Of a stretch of DNA of 64,000 nucleotides, positions 61,924-64,000 are shown one piece after another. The DNA is from Felis catus (lineage: Eukaryota), in the NCBI RefSeq assembly GCF_018350175.1, contig NC_058368.1, positions 187,922,001 to 187,986,000 on the forward strand, read 5' to 3'. The notes below the pieces were generated by a model. The model saw only the letters and a list, made by a program, of their open reading frames with translations. It had not been told where the DNA came from and made no database searches. Position numbers and translations under genes: made by a program. The first letter of the stretch is position 1; each line of letters begins with the position of its first letter.

Positions 61924-64000
61924 CAAGAAGTGGGGCTTTTAGATGTATTTGCAACATTTTATTTCTTAAAAGAAGAAAAAAAGATATGTAGCAAATTCAG
62001 CAACATGTTAACTTTTGTTAAATCTGGGTGGAGGAGTACAAAAGATTATTTTTTGTACTTTTCGGAATGATGGAGATATCTCATAATTAAATATCAAAAC
62101 AATTTTAAAAACAGTGAAACATGAGTAGAAATGTAAATGTCTTCTAATATTTTCTGACCACGTGACCATCACACTTGGCACTCTATTTACTTAGTTTTTT
62201 ACTCCTTTCCTCTTAACAGAGGGATCACCCAACCTTTTAACGTGAAGGAACCGATCCTGTTTTTGTTTTCTCTTAAGGCATACTAGCTCCTTCGTAGAAT
62301 TAGTCATAATCATGATAAGAACAACAGGAACTTATTAAATATCTCCTCCAAAGTGGAGAGCATATTAGAGGCTTCACATACATTAGTAGCTGATGTTTAT
62401 GAAATATTTACCAGTGTTTGGCACTTAGCTGAGTCCTTTCATCCTTTCTTATTTATTCCTCACTTACAATCCTATGAGCAGATGATTTCAGTCACATTTT
62501 ACAGATGAATTCATTGAGGCTTGGAGAAATGAGCTGTGGAGCCAGGACTCCAGACCTGTATTTGTCTGATTTCAATGTCTCTGTTCTTTCTAGCACTGCA
62601 AGCTGCCACTCAAACGGAGTCACGAAGGGCTACAAGGCTGTCCCAGAGAAGGGAAGGTGCCAGGCCTCTGCACTTTCTGAGAATCCCTGGTTGGTCCCAG
62701 ACACCTGGCTTCACCTTTCCTTGATCTCCGGCCCTGTGGCAGTAGGTCAAAGTTCGCCCCATCCCTGCCCTGTCCTAGATGCTGGTTCCAACACCTCTAG
62801 ATTTAGTACAGTCTGAAAATGACCCTGCCTCTCCTTCCAGATCAGCAGTTCAAGGTCAGCGCTAAATTTCACCCCTGGCTGACCAGGGCCCATTGACTGC
62901 CTTGCGAAGAGCCTCCCTTCCCGGCAGAATCTGCTCCACAGGCCATCTCCTTACTTCTTGAGCAGCGCTCAATTCAATTTCCAATTTGTGAGGCTGGCAT
63001 CTTCCAGAGCCAATTTGAATTTTGCAACTAAAATGTGGCGCATTTGCCATACTCTGGTCTAAATGTAGACTGTCTACTGCATTCTCTGGACTTGCACACG
63101 CCCCCATGGTGGAGTGGGGCAAGTTTGGGTGCCCAGAGGAATCCTTCCTTATTAACTCATCCTCCAATTACCTCAAACTCTAGTGTTTTCCTGGAGCCAG
63201 GTGGTGGGGGGGGGGGGGCAATGTTTTCTTTTATATTGTTATGGATTTAAATCAGGAGCCCCAGAGCCTTGAACCACTGATGTGGATAGTGGTGGGCCTG
63301 GCAGCCTTGTGAAAGATCAAATCCGTTTACGCACTGTGGGTGACTGCTTTTTGTTCTCAGATTCTGGGTAAAATACACACATTCCAAGGCCACTGCCTGT
63401 TCTGGCTCCACTGATGGATGGGGTGTTGCATTCCAAGAGGGCAGCTTGCTAGCCCTGAACTTGGGAAGCTGACACCAAATTCATTGGAAGGATTTGAAGC
63501 TTTTAAGCCATTTTATCACCTCTGAGCGGAAGCTGATTTGTCATGCAGATGCCTGAAACTTCTCCACTGGCAATGAGAACTTATCAGTATAAAAAGCAGT
63601 TTCTTCAGCTGTGCTGAAACACACTTAGTGGGAGTGCAAATTGCCACACCCTTCCTAGAGGGTGATACATGACTGAGGCCTCTCATCTGAATTTACCTTT
63701 TGATCTAGCCATTCAAAGTGGTTTATTATAAGGAAATCTTTAAGGCAGGTGCAAAAAGATCTTAAAGGAAAAATGTGGATAGCATATTTGTTATGGCTGA
63801 AAACTCAAAACAAATGTACATCAAGAGAAGATGGGTTATTCTACACACACACAAAGTTGCTTAGCCTCATTCCTCCAGTGTCCCCTATCCAGGTGGCAAA
63901 GATCAGAAAGTTTGATAACACACTATTGGCAAATATGTGGGCACTCTCAAATACCAGTTATGGAAATGCAAATTGGTACAAGCTCTACGGAGGATGGCCC

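Larger units (their letters stand above)
29216..64000 (-). other. ADRA1B: ADRA1B intron (continues past the window end; exon 1 not present)
   Basis: ADRA1B is known to have two coding exons split by one large intron after TM6. No TM1-TM6 coding sequence appears in the ORF track. Confidence 0.8.

Noticed and set aside
1-64000. A novel multi-gene or mobile biological system
   Set aside because: Apart from one ADRA1B exon, the sequence is explained by known repeats and ordinary intronic/intergenic DNA. I saw no intact transposase, retroviral genes, processed pseudogene or RNA gene.

Overview
This is mammalian genomic DNA from a cat-family (Felidae) carnivore, shown by about 32 tRNA-derived Can-SINEs of felid type and young carnivore LINE-1 fragments. 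The only protein-coding sequence I can support is the last coding exon of the alpha-1B adrenergic receptor gene ADRA1B, on the minus strand at 29215-28608. It lies in a CpG island and is partly hidden by a 222-nt N gap. Everything right of 29215 is consistent with the long ADRA1B intron (exon 1 lies beyond the window); everything left of about 28100 is downstream flank. The rest is transposable elements (Can-SINEs, L1, L2, MIR, MLT1 LTRs, hAT-Charlie/MER DNA transposons), microsatellites and a few repeat-free blocks that may be regulatory. I found no evidence for a novel multi-gene system. The most interesting signals are small-scale: two loci where two SINEs hit the same site (triplicated target-site duplications, TSDs), a 61-bp micro-L1, a possible SINE 3' transduction, a duplicated palindrome upstream of the ADRA1B splice acceptor, 3'UTR motifs and candidate CTCF sites. 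Repeat subfamily names come from remembered consensus sequences, and repeat boundaries are approximate unless a TSD is quoted.
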